In this document: one piece after another, positions 1 through 13,868 of the stretch
Position numbering within the stretch: position 1 is the first letter of the stretch
How the letters are laid out: the number at the start of each line of letters is the position of its first letter
From: the human T2T-CHM13v2.0 reference genome, Homo sapiens
Reading direction: 5' to 3' (one strand)
NCBI RefSeq assembly: GCF_009914755.1
Contig: NC_060931.1
Length of the DNA stretch: 64,000 bases
Made by a program: the position numbers and the translations under genes
The notes under the pieces: generated by a model
The model's input: only the letters and a program-made list of their open reading frames with translations
The model's database searches: none
What the model was told of the DNA's origin: nothing

Positions 1-636
1 TGAAAGTCAGGGTCATTTTATTCTCGTTCAGCCTCTATCTGGGATGTTTGGAAGTGGTCTCGGTGACTTTCAAAGACTATTTGGAATTAACAACCCTCTC
101 TCCTTGCCCAGGTACTTGGCTTCAATGTAAGCAATGAAGTCAGAATTAATAAGAAATGGCAGCACTTTCTTCCTCTGAGTATTAACAGTTTTGAGAAAAT
201 GGTTGAACTATTCTAGCATTTAATAGTTAGATGGGACACGCTCATTTATATTTCAAGGAAACTCCAAGTCCTCAGTGCATAATTAAGATAATAGCACTGT
301 GAGACCCGAGGTATGATTGAAGAGTCCATGCAAAGGTGCCTGGCCGGGCATGGCTCTGCTGCCCACGAAGCCTCTGCTCCTCCACTCCCTGGAACAGCCC
401 GTAATTAGCGCCTGATTTATTTCTCCTCGCTCTCATTTCCAGCCTAATAGATTTCACTAGTTATTAGTTTCAGCCATCTTTCCAGCCAGCTGAGGTTGGA
501 TGTGTCATTTTGCTTTTGTGTTCATGGTGATGCCTGAAAGTTGAGGTCTTCATGATTGGAGAAGTTTAGAGGAGGAGTCCGTCTTCCCAGCCCTTGCGGA
601 CAGTCTGCTGACCAGTACTATGGTGACTGCTGGCCT

Positions 637-896
637 GTGCTATGGATTAGGATAATGCTAGCAGCTGTTGGAAACAACACAAACCTCCAAATCCCAGTTG
701 CTTGACACCACGGGAACTTACGTATTGCTTGTGTCAGTGCACGATGCAGGTGTCCCTACAGTGGGAAGCTGAGCCACCTGTGGCATTCAGGGATCCCATC
801 TTCTTCCTTCCTATAGCTGTGTGGTGCTGTAGAGCAGGGGACAGCCTCTTCTGAGCCATGCAGCTGGGAGCACTGCACACCGCTATGCTCATTCCC
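637..896 (-). mobile_element. Old MLT1 (MLT1K/L-like) MaLR LTR fragment, interrupted by the MST LTR
   Basis: Degenerate MLT1-type motifs (taggataatgctagcagctg..., cattcagggatcccatcttcttcc); possible continuation after 1306. Confidence 0.45.
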
Positions 897-1306
897 TTTG
901 TTAGTCCCTTCTAGCATGGCCATAAACGATAGCTGAGACTGGGTAACTTATAAGGAAAAGCAGTTTAATTGGCTCTTGGTCCCCAGGCCGTATGCGAAGC
1001 AAGGTGTCTTCTGCCTCTGGGGAGGGCCTCAAGGAGCTTCTGATCATGGCAGAAGGCGAAGTGGGAGCAGGCGCCTTACATGGCAGGAGCAGGAGCAGGA
1101 GAGAGGCGGGAGGTGCCACACACTTCAAACAGCCAGATCTCAGGAGAACTCACTCACCGTTGGGAGATCAGCACCGAGGGGATGGCACTAAACCACTAGG
1201 GAGAAACCGACCCGGGATCCAGTCACTCCCACCAGGCCCCGCCTCCAACACTGGGGTCACAACGCCACATGAGATTGGGGCAGGGACATAGATCCAAACC
1301 ATGTCA
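897..1306 (-). mobile_element. MST (MSTA/MSTB) MaLR solo LTR
   Basis: ttagtcc...ctgagactgggtaacttataaggaaaagcagtttaattggctc...catggcagaaggcgaag...catgagattggggcagggacatagatccaaaccatgtca matches the reverse of the MST LTR. Confidence 0.85.
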
Positions 1307-2039
1307 CACCCGCCGGCACACGCCCCACAGGGCAGGGGGTCTGGAAAGCCCGGGGCAGCAGCCTCTTCTACAGCAACACGTCCAGTGGTAGGGGCGTGGC
1401 TTTGGGTGGGCGCCGCCATGTCCGGTGCTCTCTGCCAGGCAGCCAGCGAGGGCCTTTGTGCTCATGTTCTTCTTGCTTCCCTCCTCTGCCTGCACCTGGG
1501 CTGCTCTGGCCTCAAGGACACCCCCCTCCTTGTCTGCCACACTGCCCACGCTCACCTCCATTAGCGCTCCAGGTCCCCAAGCTTCTGATGGGCTCTATGT
1601 TATCATATTAACCAGAAGTGAAGAGTTAGGAAGAATCTGCCTTTCTGACCAGCATTGTTTTACTCCCTCTTCAGTGTGAAATGCCTAGAACTGACCTCTG
1701 AAGAGAAGCACCAAGGCTGAAGTGTGGGGCAGAGGAGGCAGAGAATAGGACCCTGTCCAGCTGTGGGGAAATGCAGGTGGACTCCCAGGGGTGGTGACAG
1801 CATGTGGCCCTGGGGCTGTGGGTGAGGGCGGAGGGACAGGACCCCAGCTATGTCTGACAGTCCACAGCCCTGGCAAGACCAAATGCAGCCACACCTTGCT
1901 TCTTCATTCGCAAGCTCGGAGATACTGGGGAATTAGCCCATTCATTCTTCTAAGTATTGGTGACAGAAAAAAGTCAGGTACAGACAGAAATGAAGGAAGG
2001 GGGTTTAACCAACAAAACTGTTATGGAGTGAAGACCAAA

Positions 2040-3130
2040 ACGTAAGAGCTAAAAGTATAAAACTGTTAGAGGAAAACAGGGAAAAAGCTTTATGACACTA
2101 GGCCTGGCAATAATTTCTTGGATATCACACCAAAAGTGCAGGCAACACAAGAAAAAATAGATAAATTTGAACCCACGGGATGGCAGAAAGTATTTGCAAA
2201 TCATATATTTGATGAGGGACAAATATCCAAGATATGTAAAGAACTCTGGGACTCAACAACAGCAACAAAAACAAAGAACCGGTTTAAAAATGGGCAAAGA
2301 GCTTGAATAGGCATTTCTCAACAACAACAAAAAATACAAACGGCCAATAAACTCAAGAAAAGATGTCAATATCACCAGTCATTGGAGAAACGCAAATCAA
2401 AACCACAGTGAGCTGCCACTCACATCTATTAAGATGGCTATGATCGAAACACCAGAGAATAACAAGTGTTGATAAGGTTTGAGGAGAGACTGGAAACTTC
2501 ATGCATTGCTGGTGAGAATACAAAAGGGAACAGCTGCGGTTCCTCAAACAGTAAACACAGAATTACCATCCAATACAGTAATTCCAACTGGGGGTATAAA
2601 CCGAGAAGAAGTGAAAGCAGGGTCTGTAACACACCCACGTGCCTAGCAGCATTGTTCACAATAGCCAAGAGGTGGAAACAACCCACGGGTCCACCCACAG
2701 AAGAATGGACACACAAAATGTCTCTCACTCACACACACACACACAGAGGAATATTATTCACCCTTAAAAAGGAAGGGGATTCTGACACAGGCTACAACAT
2801 GGATGAACCTTGAGGACATTACTATAAATGCAATAAGCCAGTCACAAAAGGGCAAATGCTGTGTGAGTCCATGTGTAAGAGGTCCCTAGAGTAGTCAAAT
2901 GCAGAGAGACAGGTGGAAGAAAGGTAGTTACCACGGACAGCAGGAGGGGAAAGGGGAGTTCTTGCTTAGTGGGTGCAGAGTTTCGGTTTGGGGTGACAGA
3001 AAATTTCTGGAGAGGGATGGTGGTGATGAGAGCACGACAGTGTGATGTGCTTAGTGCCACTGTGACGGACATTTAAAAACGGTGGACACAGTTTTATGTT
3101 ACGTACTGCATATTCTACCACACACAAAAC
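2040..3130 (+). mobile_element. L1M (L1MB-like) 3' fragment, ORF2 end plus 3'UTR
   Basis: ORF fragments MDITPKVQATQEKIDKF and ALFTIAKRWKQPTGPPTEEW resemble L1 ORF2 C-terminus; 3'UTR motifs caacatggatgaaccttgaggacatt, gagtttcggtttggggtga. Confidence 0.85.
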
Positions 3131-3599
3131 AGAAATAATTGCTTCCTGATTTTAAAGCAACAAATGTTCATTGCATAATCTTTACAAACTGCAGAAAGAT
3201 GAAAAGGAAAAACAAACAACCATGATCCCAGCACCCAAGAAAATCATCATTAATATTTTGAAATATTATCTTCTGATAGCTGTGTGTTCAGGTATGTGTT
3301 AAATATACATATAGCATTTGTTTTGCGTAGTTTAGATTACATGCATCATTGTATTTTGGACTCTTTTTTTTTCTTCATATTTATGTGTCTGATAAAAGGT
3401 TTTACGCCAGGTCATTAAAACCACTTTTAATTTAAAAAATATGTAAAATGCCATTTTTCTTACTTAGAAATAAGATGATTTCACTGTAGAAAAGTTAGAA
3501 AATTAAAACAATCAAAAAAGAAGAAAAACTTATCCGTGACTAAGAAACACATTTTTAACCTTGCCATCTATCCTGGGTTTATGGCACATTCTAGGAATT

Positions 3600-4386
<787 letters not shown>

Positions 4387-4972
4387 TCAGGAAATTACAA
4401 TCACTTAACTCTTCTGACAGACTCAAACATTTAGGGCAAAATGTAAACAAATAGTGAACATTTCCTGCACGCGGGCTCCACAGTGGCTGCGTCTGAGTCA
4501 CCTTCGTTTCTCGGGGCACCCCGGTGTCTGTCCTTGGTGTGGGTGAGGACACCCTGTCAGTGCACTGGCTCAGGGGTGAGGCTGGGTGGGGCTCCCAGCT
4601 CTGCTGCTCTCTGGCTGGCCTCAGTCTCCTTGTCAGTAAAACAGGGATGACAGCACCGGCTTGTAGCTGTAGGCATCAAGCAACAGTGTGGGCTTGGGGT
4701 CGGCCTCACAAAATGCTCTGGGGGCTGGTGGGCCCAGGATGCCCCTGCAGGCATTTTGCTGTGATTGGGAGTTCAGATACTAAGTCCTGTAGGGTGCAGA
4801 GGGGTTGAGTGGGCTGCTGTGGGCGAGGAAGCCTTCAGCAGGAGGCGGCTGTCACGTAGACCTGGGACTGGGCAGCCGAATGCCCCCACTTGGTTTTGGG
4901 TCTTTTACCTCCAGACGTTCCTGTTTCCCTCTGTCTCCTATCCCGTCGATATGCATTTAAAATAGGTTTCTT

Positions 4973-5276
<304 letters not shown>

Positions 5277-6295
5277 AACAGGTTTCTCCCCAGGGTTCTC
5301 CTGATGGCCAATCCCTCACACCCTTCCCTTCATGCCCTTCCATGCTTGCAGGCCAGGCCTGGCTGGAGGCCACCTGGCACCCCCCTTTCCATAAAGAAGT
5401 GTGTGCCAGCTGTACCTCCCACAGAGGCAGAGGCATTTCCGGCTCCTTCACCTATTGAAGAAGAGAACGTTGCATCATAGAGGAAGTGCTTTGAACAGGA
5501 GCCTCTGAAATTTTGTTTTAATAAGAAAAAGAAATCACGTGGCCTGGACACAGTGTGAACTGGCTCAGGCAGGGATACCGAGGGGACTGGAGACCCCTCT
5601 CCCCCATGGATGGTGGGGGTGTGGAGGGGGTACCTGGAAGCAGCCTGTGAGGTGGGACAAAAGAAGGTGGCTCGGGGGAAAGCAGTGCCTGAATCCCACT
5701 GGAGGATGGGAGAAAGCCGGGTTGAGAAACTAGGCCTCCAACTCCAGTGCCGCCAGCTTGGCTCCATGCCGAATCCATGGCTTGCAGAGGGGAGGAAACA
5801 GCTCCTTAAAGCCAACAACATCCTTCACTCTGTAAGACCTTACATGACGTCAGAATTGTGCTGCCGACAAGATCTGCATGGGTGCTCCCTGGAGCCCTCC
5901 CCTCACCCACCCTGGGCTCACCCTCAAGCCCATCCGCAGTGAACCTGGGCTCCGCAAATGCCGCTGGAGAGGGAGCTGGGACTCTGCAGCGGCATGCAGG
6001 CGAGCAGGTGGGTGAGCACCTCATGTGTGACAGCCGCAGGCCCCTCGCTTCTGAAGGTTTGCAGGGGTCACATTGGAGGGGGCCCTGGCATGTACCCGAG
6101 AACCATGGGCCCAGGTGATACTGGACAAGGAATTGCACCACAAGCCACACCTGGCACGGTGCTAGTCCTTGAAAAACAAACACAAAAACCCAACTTACCG
6201 AGGATGTTCAGGAGGTACTATGGCATTTGCCCAATGTCCTGGAGGCTGAGAGCTAGAGAGGTCCAGAGGCCAGGATAGCGGCCTCGGGAAAGGTC

Positions 6296-6351
6296 TGAAT
6301 ACATGAATGGATAAATGAATGAATGAATGAATGAATGAATGAATGAATGAA
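6296..6351 (+). repeat. (GAAT)n microsatellite, probably an L2 3' tail
   Basis: Run of gaat units seen directly. Confidence 0.9.
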
Positions 6352-6854
6352 GCAAGCAAGGAGGGAGAAGGTCTCACCAAGTCTTTTCACCCCCTCCCTA
6401 GGATGACGTCTCTTTGGGAGTCTTTTTGGGGGCCACTCTGCCCCTGAACCCCCAGGAAAATCTCTCACCTTTGAGGGGGCCCATGGCAATCCAGGGAGCC
6501 CTGTGTTGCCTGGGAACCCCCTCTTCTCAGGGCTGCTGCCCCCCCATCCTGGTCTGGAGTTTCCCCATTAGCACTCCAGTGCCTCTGGGTTCACATGGAT
6601 GGGAAATCCCAGAGTGCCAGGCTCTTTGAAGTGGGAGCCCCACCAGGCCTGCAGGGCTCTCTATCTCAGCTTCAAAGGCTGCAGAGAGAAAGATGCAGCC
6701 ACTTGGGACAGTGGGGATGCAGGCTGGTGGGGGGTGGAGAAAGGGGCTGGGGAGGAGAGAGCTCCTAATGCCTTCTTCAAGTCCTGAAGCAAGGGAGCCA
6801 CAGAGGACTGTGTTCTCACTTATCACCCAAGCCCTGGAGAACCTCTGCTGTCCC

Positions 6855-7335
6855 ATCCATTCACTCATCTGCCCATCACTCTACCCACTCATCCACCACC
6901 CATCCATCCATCCATTCATCCATCCATCCCTCCATCCATCCATCCATTTATCTGTCCATTCCTCCATCTACCCATCCATCCCTCCATCCCTCTATCCAAC
7001 CATCCATCCACCCATCTATCCCTCCATTCACATATCCATCCTTCCATCCACCCATCTATCCCTCCATCCACCCATCCACTTACCCATCTATCCCTCCATC
7101 CACCCATCCATTCCTCCATCTACCGATTCATCTCTCCATCCACCCCTTCATCCACCCATCCATCCACCCATCTATCCCTCCATCTACCCATACATTACTC
7201 CATCCACCCTTTCATCTCCCCATCCATCCCTCCATCCCTCCATTTGCCCATCTATCCCTCTAACAACCCATCCACCTACCTACTCATCCATCCACCCATC
7301 CATCCACCGACCCATGCACCCACCTGTCCATCCAC
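6855..7335 (+). repeat. Degenerate (CCAT)n/(TCCA)n low-complexity tract
   Basis: ~480 bp of ccat/ccac/ctat units, followed by an L2-tail-like tttgtcgaacacc...aggcactg. Confidence 0.92.
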
Positions 7336-7887
7336 AGGTGTTTGTCGAACACCTCTGGTGAGACAGGCACTGAAGAGAAGGACTCTGGCCAAACTGTACA
7401 TCCCACTGCCCCCTCCAGCCTCACAACCCCAGTGTACCACCTTGGTCATACTGTCACCTGCCCAGTAAAGCTGTCCAGCCCATCTCCCTGTCCTGGGTCA
7501 TGGCACGGCTCAGGACTAATGCCTGACAGGGGGCCATGCTTAGCGGGTGTTTGCCTCCAGCAGGTCAAGTGCTTGATCTCAGCTTCAGTTTTCTCCCTGG
7601 GAAGCATGAATGATGCCTGCCCTTCAGGATGGCTGGTGCAGGCAGGGAGGCTGAGCCTCTGCCCCATTCTTACAGAGCCCACATCCAGACATCAACCACG
7701 TGGGTATCCAGCCTTGAGATCCACCTTTCTGCTCATCCCTTTCTCTTCTCTTGGTGTCAGAACTGTTTCTCACATCAGTGGGGAGACCTCTGTTGAGCAC
7801 ACAGGCTCGGGCCCATTAGTTCGTGGGCATCTTGCTGGCCTTCCTCCGACACAAGGAGATCCAGCATCTTCCTTTTGTGTCCTCTAC

Positions 7888-8880
7888 AGCACTGCTTTTA
7901 AAACTGTGGGTTGCAAACCATTGGTGGGTTTTTAAATCAACTTAGTAGATCATGACCAGCACTTACGTGAAAAATGAAATAGAATAATATGAAATAGAAA
8001 ATACCAGAAGACATCTCATGGATAGGGGCAAATACTCGTGGATGGGGTGGACACTCATGGATGGGGTAGACATCATGGATGGGGTGGACACTCACAGATA
8101 GGGGTAGACACTCATGGATAGGGGTGGACACTCATGGATAGGGGTGGACACTCATGGATGGGGTGGACACTCACAGATAGGGGTAGACACTCATGGATGG
8201 GGTGGACACTCATGGATAGGGGTGGACACTCATGGATGGGGTGGACAGTCATGGATTGGGTGGACACTCATGGATGGGGTGGACATCCATGAATAGGGGT
8301 GGACACTCATGGATAGAAGTGGACCCTCACGTATAGGAGTAGACACTCACAGATGGGGTGCACACTCACAGATGGGGTGCACACTCACAGATGTGGTGGA
8401 CCCTCATGGATATAAGTGGACACTCATGGATAAGGTAGACGTCATGCGTAGGGGTTGACACTTATGGATGGTGCGGACACTCATGGATGGGGTAGACATC
8501 ACGGATAGGGGTAGACATCATGGATGGGGTGGACACTCATGGATAGGGGTAGACATCATGGATAGGGGTAGACATCATGGATGGGGTAGACATCATGGAT
8601 GGGGTGGACACTCATGGATGGAGTGGACACTCATGGATGGGGTGGACACTTATGGATGGGGTGGACACTCATGGATGGGGTGGACACTTATGGATGGGGT
8701 GGACACTCATGGATGGGGTAGACATTCATGGACAGGGGTAGAAATCATGTACAGGGATAGACACTCATGGAGTAGGGGTAGGAGTTGATAGAACTCTTGT
8801 TTACTTGTGTGCACATCTGCTGAGGGCTGTAAAATGAGTTCTTATGGCCTGATGTAGTCATAAGACTTGGATAAACACTC
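7888..8880. mobile_element. hAT-Charlie-type non-autonomous DNA transposon (subfamily undetermined) split by a VNTR
   Basis: Left arm cagcactgcttttaaaactgtgggttgcaaaccattggtggg...aaatcaacttagtagatcatgaccagc...aatgaaatagaa; right arm gaactcttgttt...tgtaaaatgagttcttatgg...ttggataaacact. Confidence 0.6.
8011..8780 (+). repeat. G-rich minisatellite/VNTR, 18-20 bp unit GGGGT(G/A)GACA(C)TCATGGAT(A), about 38-40 copies
   Basis: Tandem units read directly; variant units ...ctcacagat... and ...gacatcatgg... Confidence 0.97.
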
Positions 8881-9041
8881 CTCCTTAACAGCAAAGCCTG
8901 TCACTTGTCACTTGTTGAGAAAATGTTTGTGAACACTGATATATAAAGATAGTTAAAGATGAACTATCCTTAACATATGTCTCAATAATTAGACAGCTCA
9001 TAGAGATTTGGAGCCTAGCTTCCTGCATAGATGGTGTGTTT

Positions 9042-9140
9042 TCATCCATCCATCCATCCATCCATCCATCCATCCATCCACTCACCCACTCACCCATTCA
9101 TCCATCCATCCATCTGTCCACCCACTCATCCATCTACTCC
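9042..9140 (+). repeat. (CCAT)n microsatellite
   Basis: Pure tcca/ccat run decaying towards the 3' end. Confidence 0.9.
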
Positions 9141-9316
9141 ACACCTTTTGTGAACATGCTGGTGGGAAGGCAATGGGTTGTTTACCTTCACTGTTTCAAA
9201 GGAAGAAAAGGAAAAATAATCCTTTCCTGCAAGTTCTGTGACCAAGACCCCAAAAGCACCATCTCCAACTCACACAGCAGTATTTTTGGTAGCAGGCATA
9301 AGTTATGTTCTCTTAC

Positions 9317-9614
9317 TTTTTTTTTTTTCCTTCCTGAGATGGAGTCTCACTCCATCACCCAGGCTGGAGTGCAATGGTGGATCTCGGCTCACTGCAACCT
9401 CTGCCTCCCGGGTTCAAACGATTCTCCTGCCTCAGCCTCCTGAGTAGCTGGGACTACAGGTGTGTGCCACCATGCCCAGCTAATTTTTGTATTTTTAGTA
9501 GAAACGTGGTTTCACCACATTGGCCAGGCTGGTCTCAAACTCTTGACCTCGTGATCCACCCGCCTCGGCCTCCCAAAGTGCTGGAATTACAGGCGTGAGC
9601 CACCGTGCCTGGCC
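9317..9614 (-). mobile_element. AluS (Sg/Sc-like)
   Basis: Antisense dimer; 16-bp TSD atgttctcttactttt on both sides. Confidence 0.97.
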
Positions 9615-11309
9615 CATGTTCTCTTACTTTTAAGAACAAATCCTGATGTCCTTTTGTTCTCTATCTTAGCTCGGTTTTGGAGATGTGGCTTAAGGTATTC
9701 TATCTTCAAGGCTTCCTTCTGGATTACTCCAATTCATGATACATTTTTTTCTTTTCTCTTAATCCTTCAGTTAAGAGGAAATAGCAGAGACCCTTTTCTA
9801 ATTTTTTTTATTTAAAATGGAGAAAGTCTTGGGATTATTTATTTATCAATGCCCTGATCTTAGGTCCAAAATAAGTTTAATATCTGACAACATAAGGTTT
9901 TTTGATTTTGAGCATTTTGTATCTATGTCTGCATGATGAAGTTTGAGCAGTGTGTGTTTTAACGGACATTGCGTGTTTCCCAGTTATATATTTGCTAGGC
10001 TAATGTGGGTACGCAACTTAGGAAAGATGAAAGAAATTTACTTAAAATCTGGCTCTTGACACATTATTCAGTGAAAATGTTCCCTTGAGCTGGAGTGTGG
10101 AGTAAGGGGCACCACTGGAAATGCCATCTCTATGCCGTCTTACAGGAAATAACTCAAGGATGGTGACCTGTGGCAGAGGTGAGGGCCCACCCCCACCTGT
10201 GTCAACATGGCCTTTCTGGCCAGTTGTAGTGGCTGTGCCCCAGCTCCTGCCTCCAGGATTAGTGGTCCCCCCTCTTTCCAGTCTAGAAGTCCACGCGCTC
10301 AACCTTCTTTCGGCAGCCCAAAGGTCAAAGCATCCAGGTCGTGCCCCAGGCCCCCTTCCCTCCTACCCTCACTTCACAGAGCCAGAGATACCCTTTGCAC
10401 CCATGCCTCCTTCAGACATTGCTGCTGCTTCCCCAGTGAGTGGTCTGCTTGGACCACAGGGATGGCCAGAGGCAGCCGTGGAGCTGCTCCTCAGCTGCAT
10501 TCACCTGTGTGGAGCCAGGCAGAACAGGGCTCCCTGCTTCCTACTTCTCCTTTCCTGACACAGCCATTAGTCATTGCATCCTGGACGTAGCAGAGAGAGA
10601 AGTTTGCCCTAAGACTAGAAGCAAGGATTCCCATGTGCTGGCCAAGGGTGAGTGGCGACTCTCAGTGGCAGCAGTTTCTAGCTCCTCTAAAAGCCGCTGT
10701 TTTCTGGAAACACTTGAGATGTTGATTCTAATGTCCATGCTGCTCGCAGCCTGGTCTCTGAATATCCCCTCCTCCTGCGGGAATGCCACACTGGCCCCTT
10801 TAGCTTTGTAGGAGCGCACTGCAAGACCTCTTCAGTTCTTCCTGCCTGTCAAAATTTTACTTTAAATGAATCCACAGAGGTGCTTGCCCCAACCCCACCG
10901 TAAAATCTGCCTTAATTAAGAGTCAGGGTAACCCGCATCCATTCGCCACACCAGCCCAGTCTCTGACATCAAGGTTATTATTTTTCCTCCTGCCTGAAAA
11001 CTTCCTTGTCAATTATAAGAAAATATTAATTAAGTCAGGCATCTCCCCTCACGGGTGTCTCTAATTACTTACACAGAAGACATCCCTTAAAGTTGGGCAA
11101 ATGGACATCCCTTCCGGAGTGCGCTGCAAACGTGTCTTACTAATGGCTTCCCGGGTCTGAGGCCCTTAGGGTCCCCAGATCGCTTGGTACAGTGCGGGTG
11201 AGTGGGGCTCAGTCTACTAACCTAACTTTATAGGAAACGTGGCAGAGTGTTACTGCCTATGGCTCACCTTGATTTTGGATTGAAGTCCCCATAAGAGCCA
11301 ACGTTTCCT

Positions 11310-11490
11310 TAGAGCTCACTTCGTGCCAGGCTAAGCCATCACAGATAAAGAGGAGACTAATGTTACCACCATCTTACAGGTGGGAAAACTGAGGTACGCA
11401 TGCTGAAGTGAGTGGGGCAGGGTCACCCAGTTTGTAGGCATCAGAGCCAGGAGCAGAGTCCACACACAGGATGGCATGCTCTTCACCATG
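11310..11490 (-). mobile_element. MIR
   Basis: Core ccatcttacaggtgggaaaactgagg...ggtcacccag. Confidence 0.7.
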
Positions 11491-11588
11491 TTGCTTTTAG
11501 AGACTCTGGGCTGGTAGAGAATTTAACTCTGGCCTTACTGGGTCCAAAGTCTTAGATGGGATGAAGAGGTGTGGGTGTGGGGTGAGGA

Positions 11589-11719
11589 TGCCGGGGTGCA
11601 GGTGGCTGTTCCGTCTTGTCAGGCTCAGCAGCTCTGCCATCCTGGGTGGTGTCGGGGTAAAGGCGGCTGTTCCATCTTGTCAGGCTCAGCAGCTCTGCCT
11701 TCCTCGGTGGTGCCGGGGC
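11589..11719 (+). repeat. 61-bp tandem duplication (~2.1 copies)
   Basis: tg(c/t)cgggg at 11589, 11650 and 11711; shared core ggctgttcc(g/a)tcttgtcaggctcagcagctctgcc. Confidence 0.9.
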
Positions 11720-12129
11720 TGGGGGCTCCCTGGGCTTCCCCTGTGCTGAGACTCACACTTACCCGACCTCCTCATCCACCAGGACTTGCTACCTGCCCTC
11801 CTCCCCCGGGCTCCGGGACAGCCAAGTGTATCAGTCACTGCAGAGCTGGGGGACCTCTCTAATACAGGGTTCCACTTCCCCAGATTTGGGAAATGGTGAG
11901 GAGACTGGGAAAGTGAGGTAATCAAAAATGGAAAATAAGTTAGTATTTCAAAATACTATGCAAAGCATAAATAGAAAAACCCTTGAACCTGCCAGATGAA
12001 CAGTTTGTGGGTTGATTCTTCAGCATTGATGCCTTCTTTTCCCTGCAGTGACTCCCCAGTTTTGCCTTGAGAAGGCCTAGGGGGCACCAACCACTTTCCC
12101 ACCCCCAAGGGAGAACTGCGGATCCCGAC

Positions 12130-12445
12130 GGCGGAGGCTCCATTCACCTGCCCCCGGCCATAGTGATTGGCTCAGGAAGACAGGGCTACAGCAAGGGGCC
12201 TTCTGAGAAGAAAGCTCCTCAGCTTCTGTAGGAGAGACCCCCTTTCCTCTCTCTCTGCACAGTGAGGACCGAAAAGGTGGTGGTGGTGCTGCTTTCTGGG
12301 GAGAGCTGAGAGCCGTGAGGAGCCTCAGTGTGGAGTCTGAAGAAGACGCCGCATCCCAGAAGGTTCTGGAGCCGAGTATCAGAGTTTGAGCAGCGAGTCC
12401 AGCCTAGCAGAAGCGGGTGTTGACCGGAGACTTTTCAATGGTGCA
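12130..12445. mobile_element. Old ERVL LTR fragment (LTR16/LTR33-like)
   Basis: ccatagtgattggctcagg and gagtttgagcagcgagtccagcc...gacttttca resemble old ERVL LTR motifs. Confidence 0.4.
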
Positions 12446-13086
12446 AAATGACACACTGCTTTTGACTTGGGGATCTGTCCCTTGTGGCACCAGAAGCTAC
12501 AACAGGTCCACCTGGATTCCAGCTCTAGCTGGACTCGGTAATTGCTAAGTGCCAGCTCTGAAGTCTGTGATTCCGTGGAAATCCCTTTCAAGCCCGAATT
12601 CTGTTTTTTATGGGCCTCTTGTCCAAACAGTTTGACTTGTGAACTCTGTTTCTGTCAAGTTGACACTTGGGCTTGGCCACCCATTCATGAGCCAGATGAA
12701 AGCAGCTAAATGCTGGAAAAATCAAAGGTTTCTACCTCTCTGTGAAACCATTGTGAAGCATATAAAAAAATTAGGAAAGTCAAAACCCAACCAGAGCAAA
12801 CCCAACTAAACATATGTGTCTGCAAAACCAAGGTGTGGCCTACTTTTTCACTGGAAAATACAAACAATTTTAATGGACTCTTGAGATGATGATGAACCAG
12901 ATTTTGTGTTGCGTCGCGTCCAGTTCTCTATGTCTGATTCTTTGCTTTGCCTTATTTCTTCCACAAGCATCAATTTCTGTTTTATACGTGTGTGGCTAAC
13001 ACCCTAATGTATTCCTGGTATTAAAAATGGGAACATCTTGGATCTTCCTTCAAGGAGGAGAGTGCCCTTACGGCATTGAATACTGA

Positions 13087-13428
<342 letters not shown>

Positions 13429-13740
13429 TTTTCCTCCTCTTAAGGAAGTGAAATCTTACCAGTCCCTCAGGGCGGCAGCCTAAGCTCCTGCTGACGCAGG
13501 CAGTCACTTCATCTCATTTCCGCCATCACTCTATGACGAGTTAGCACAAGGGCTGCCTGAGAAATGCCTCATGGTTCAGATGCTGTCTCACGTTCTCACT
13601 CCTTCTTGGCTTTCAGTGCTTCTGGGGCCACTCTGTGCCTGGTGCTGTGCTGGCCATGGGGGTAGTGGGATTCTCGGGTCCCCCCTGTTTGGTTCCTTGC
13701 CAGTGCCCAGAGTCATGTGGAGAAAGCCAAGCCCCTCAGT

Positions 13741-13868
13741 GGCACCTGGGGAGTGGGGGACATTGGTCCTTAGGAGCACAGAGCAGGAAGGGCTGTGGAA
13801 GAGGCACCTGGGGAGTGGGGGACATTGGTCCTTGGGAGCACAGAGCAGGAAGGGCTGTGGAAGAGGCA
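13741..13868 (+). repeat. 62-bp near-perfect tandem duplication
   Basis: Units start at 13741 and 13803; one mismatch (cttagg/cttggg). Confidence 0.96.

Noticed and set aside
6693-7361. 222-aa (HPSI)n ORF
   Set aside because: Translation of the (CCAT)n tract
8011-8780. Regular short repeats resembling a CRISPR array, or a prion-like (HGWGG) peptide repeat
   Set aside because: Units are head-to-tail with no unique spacers, the context is eukaryotic, and ORFs are broken by unit-length variation
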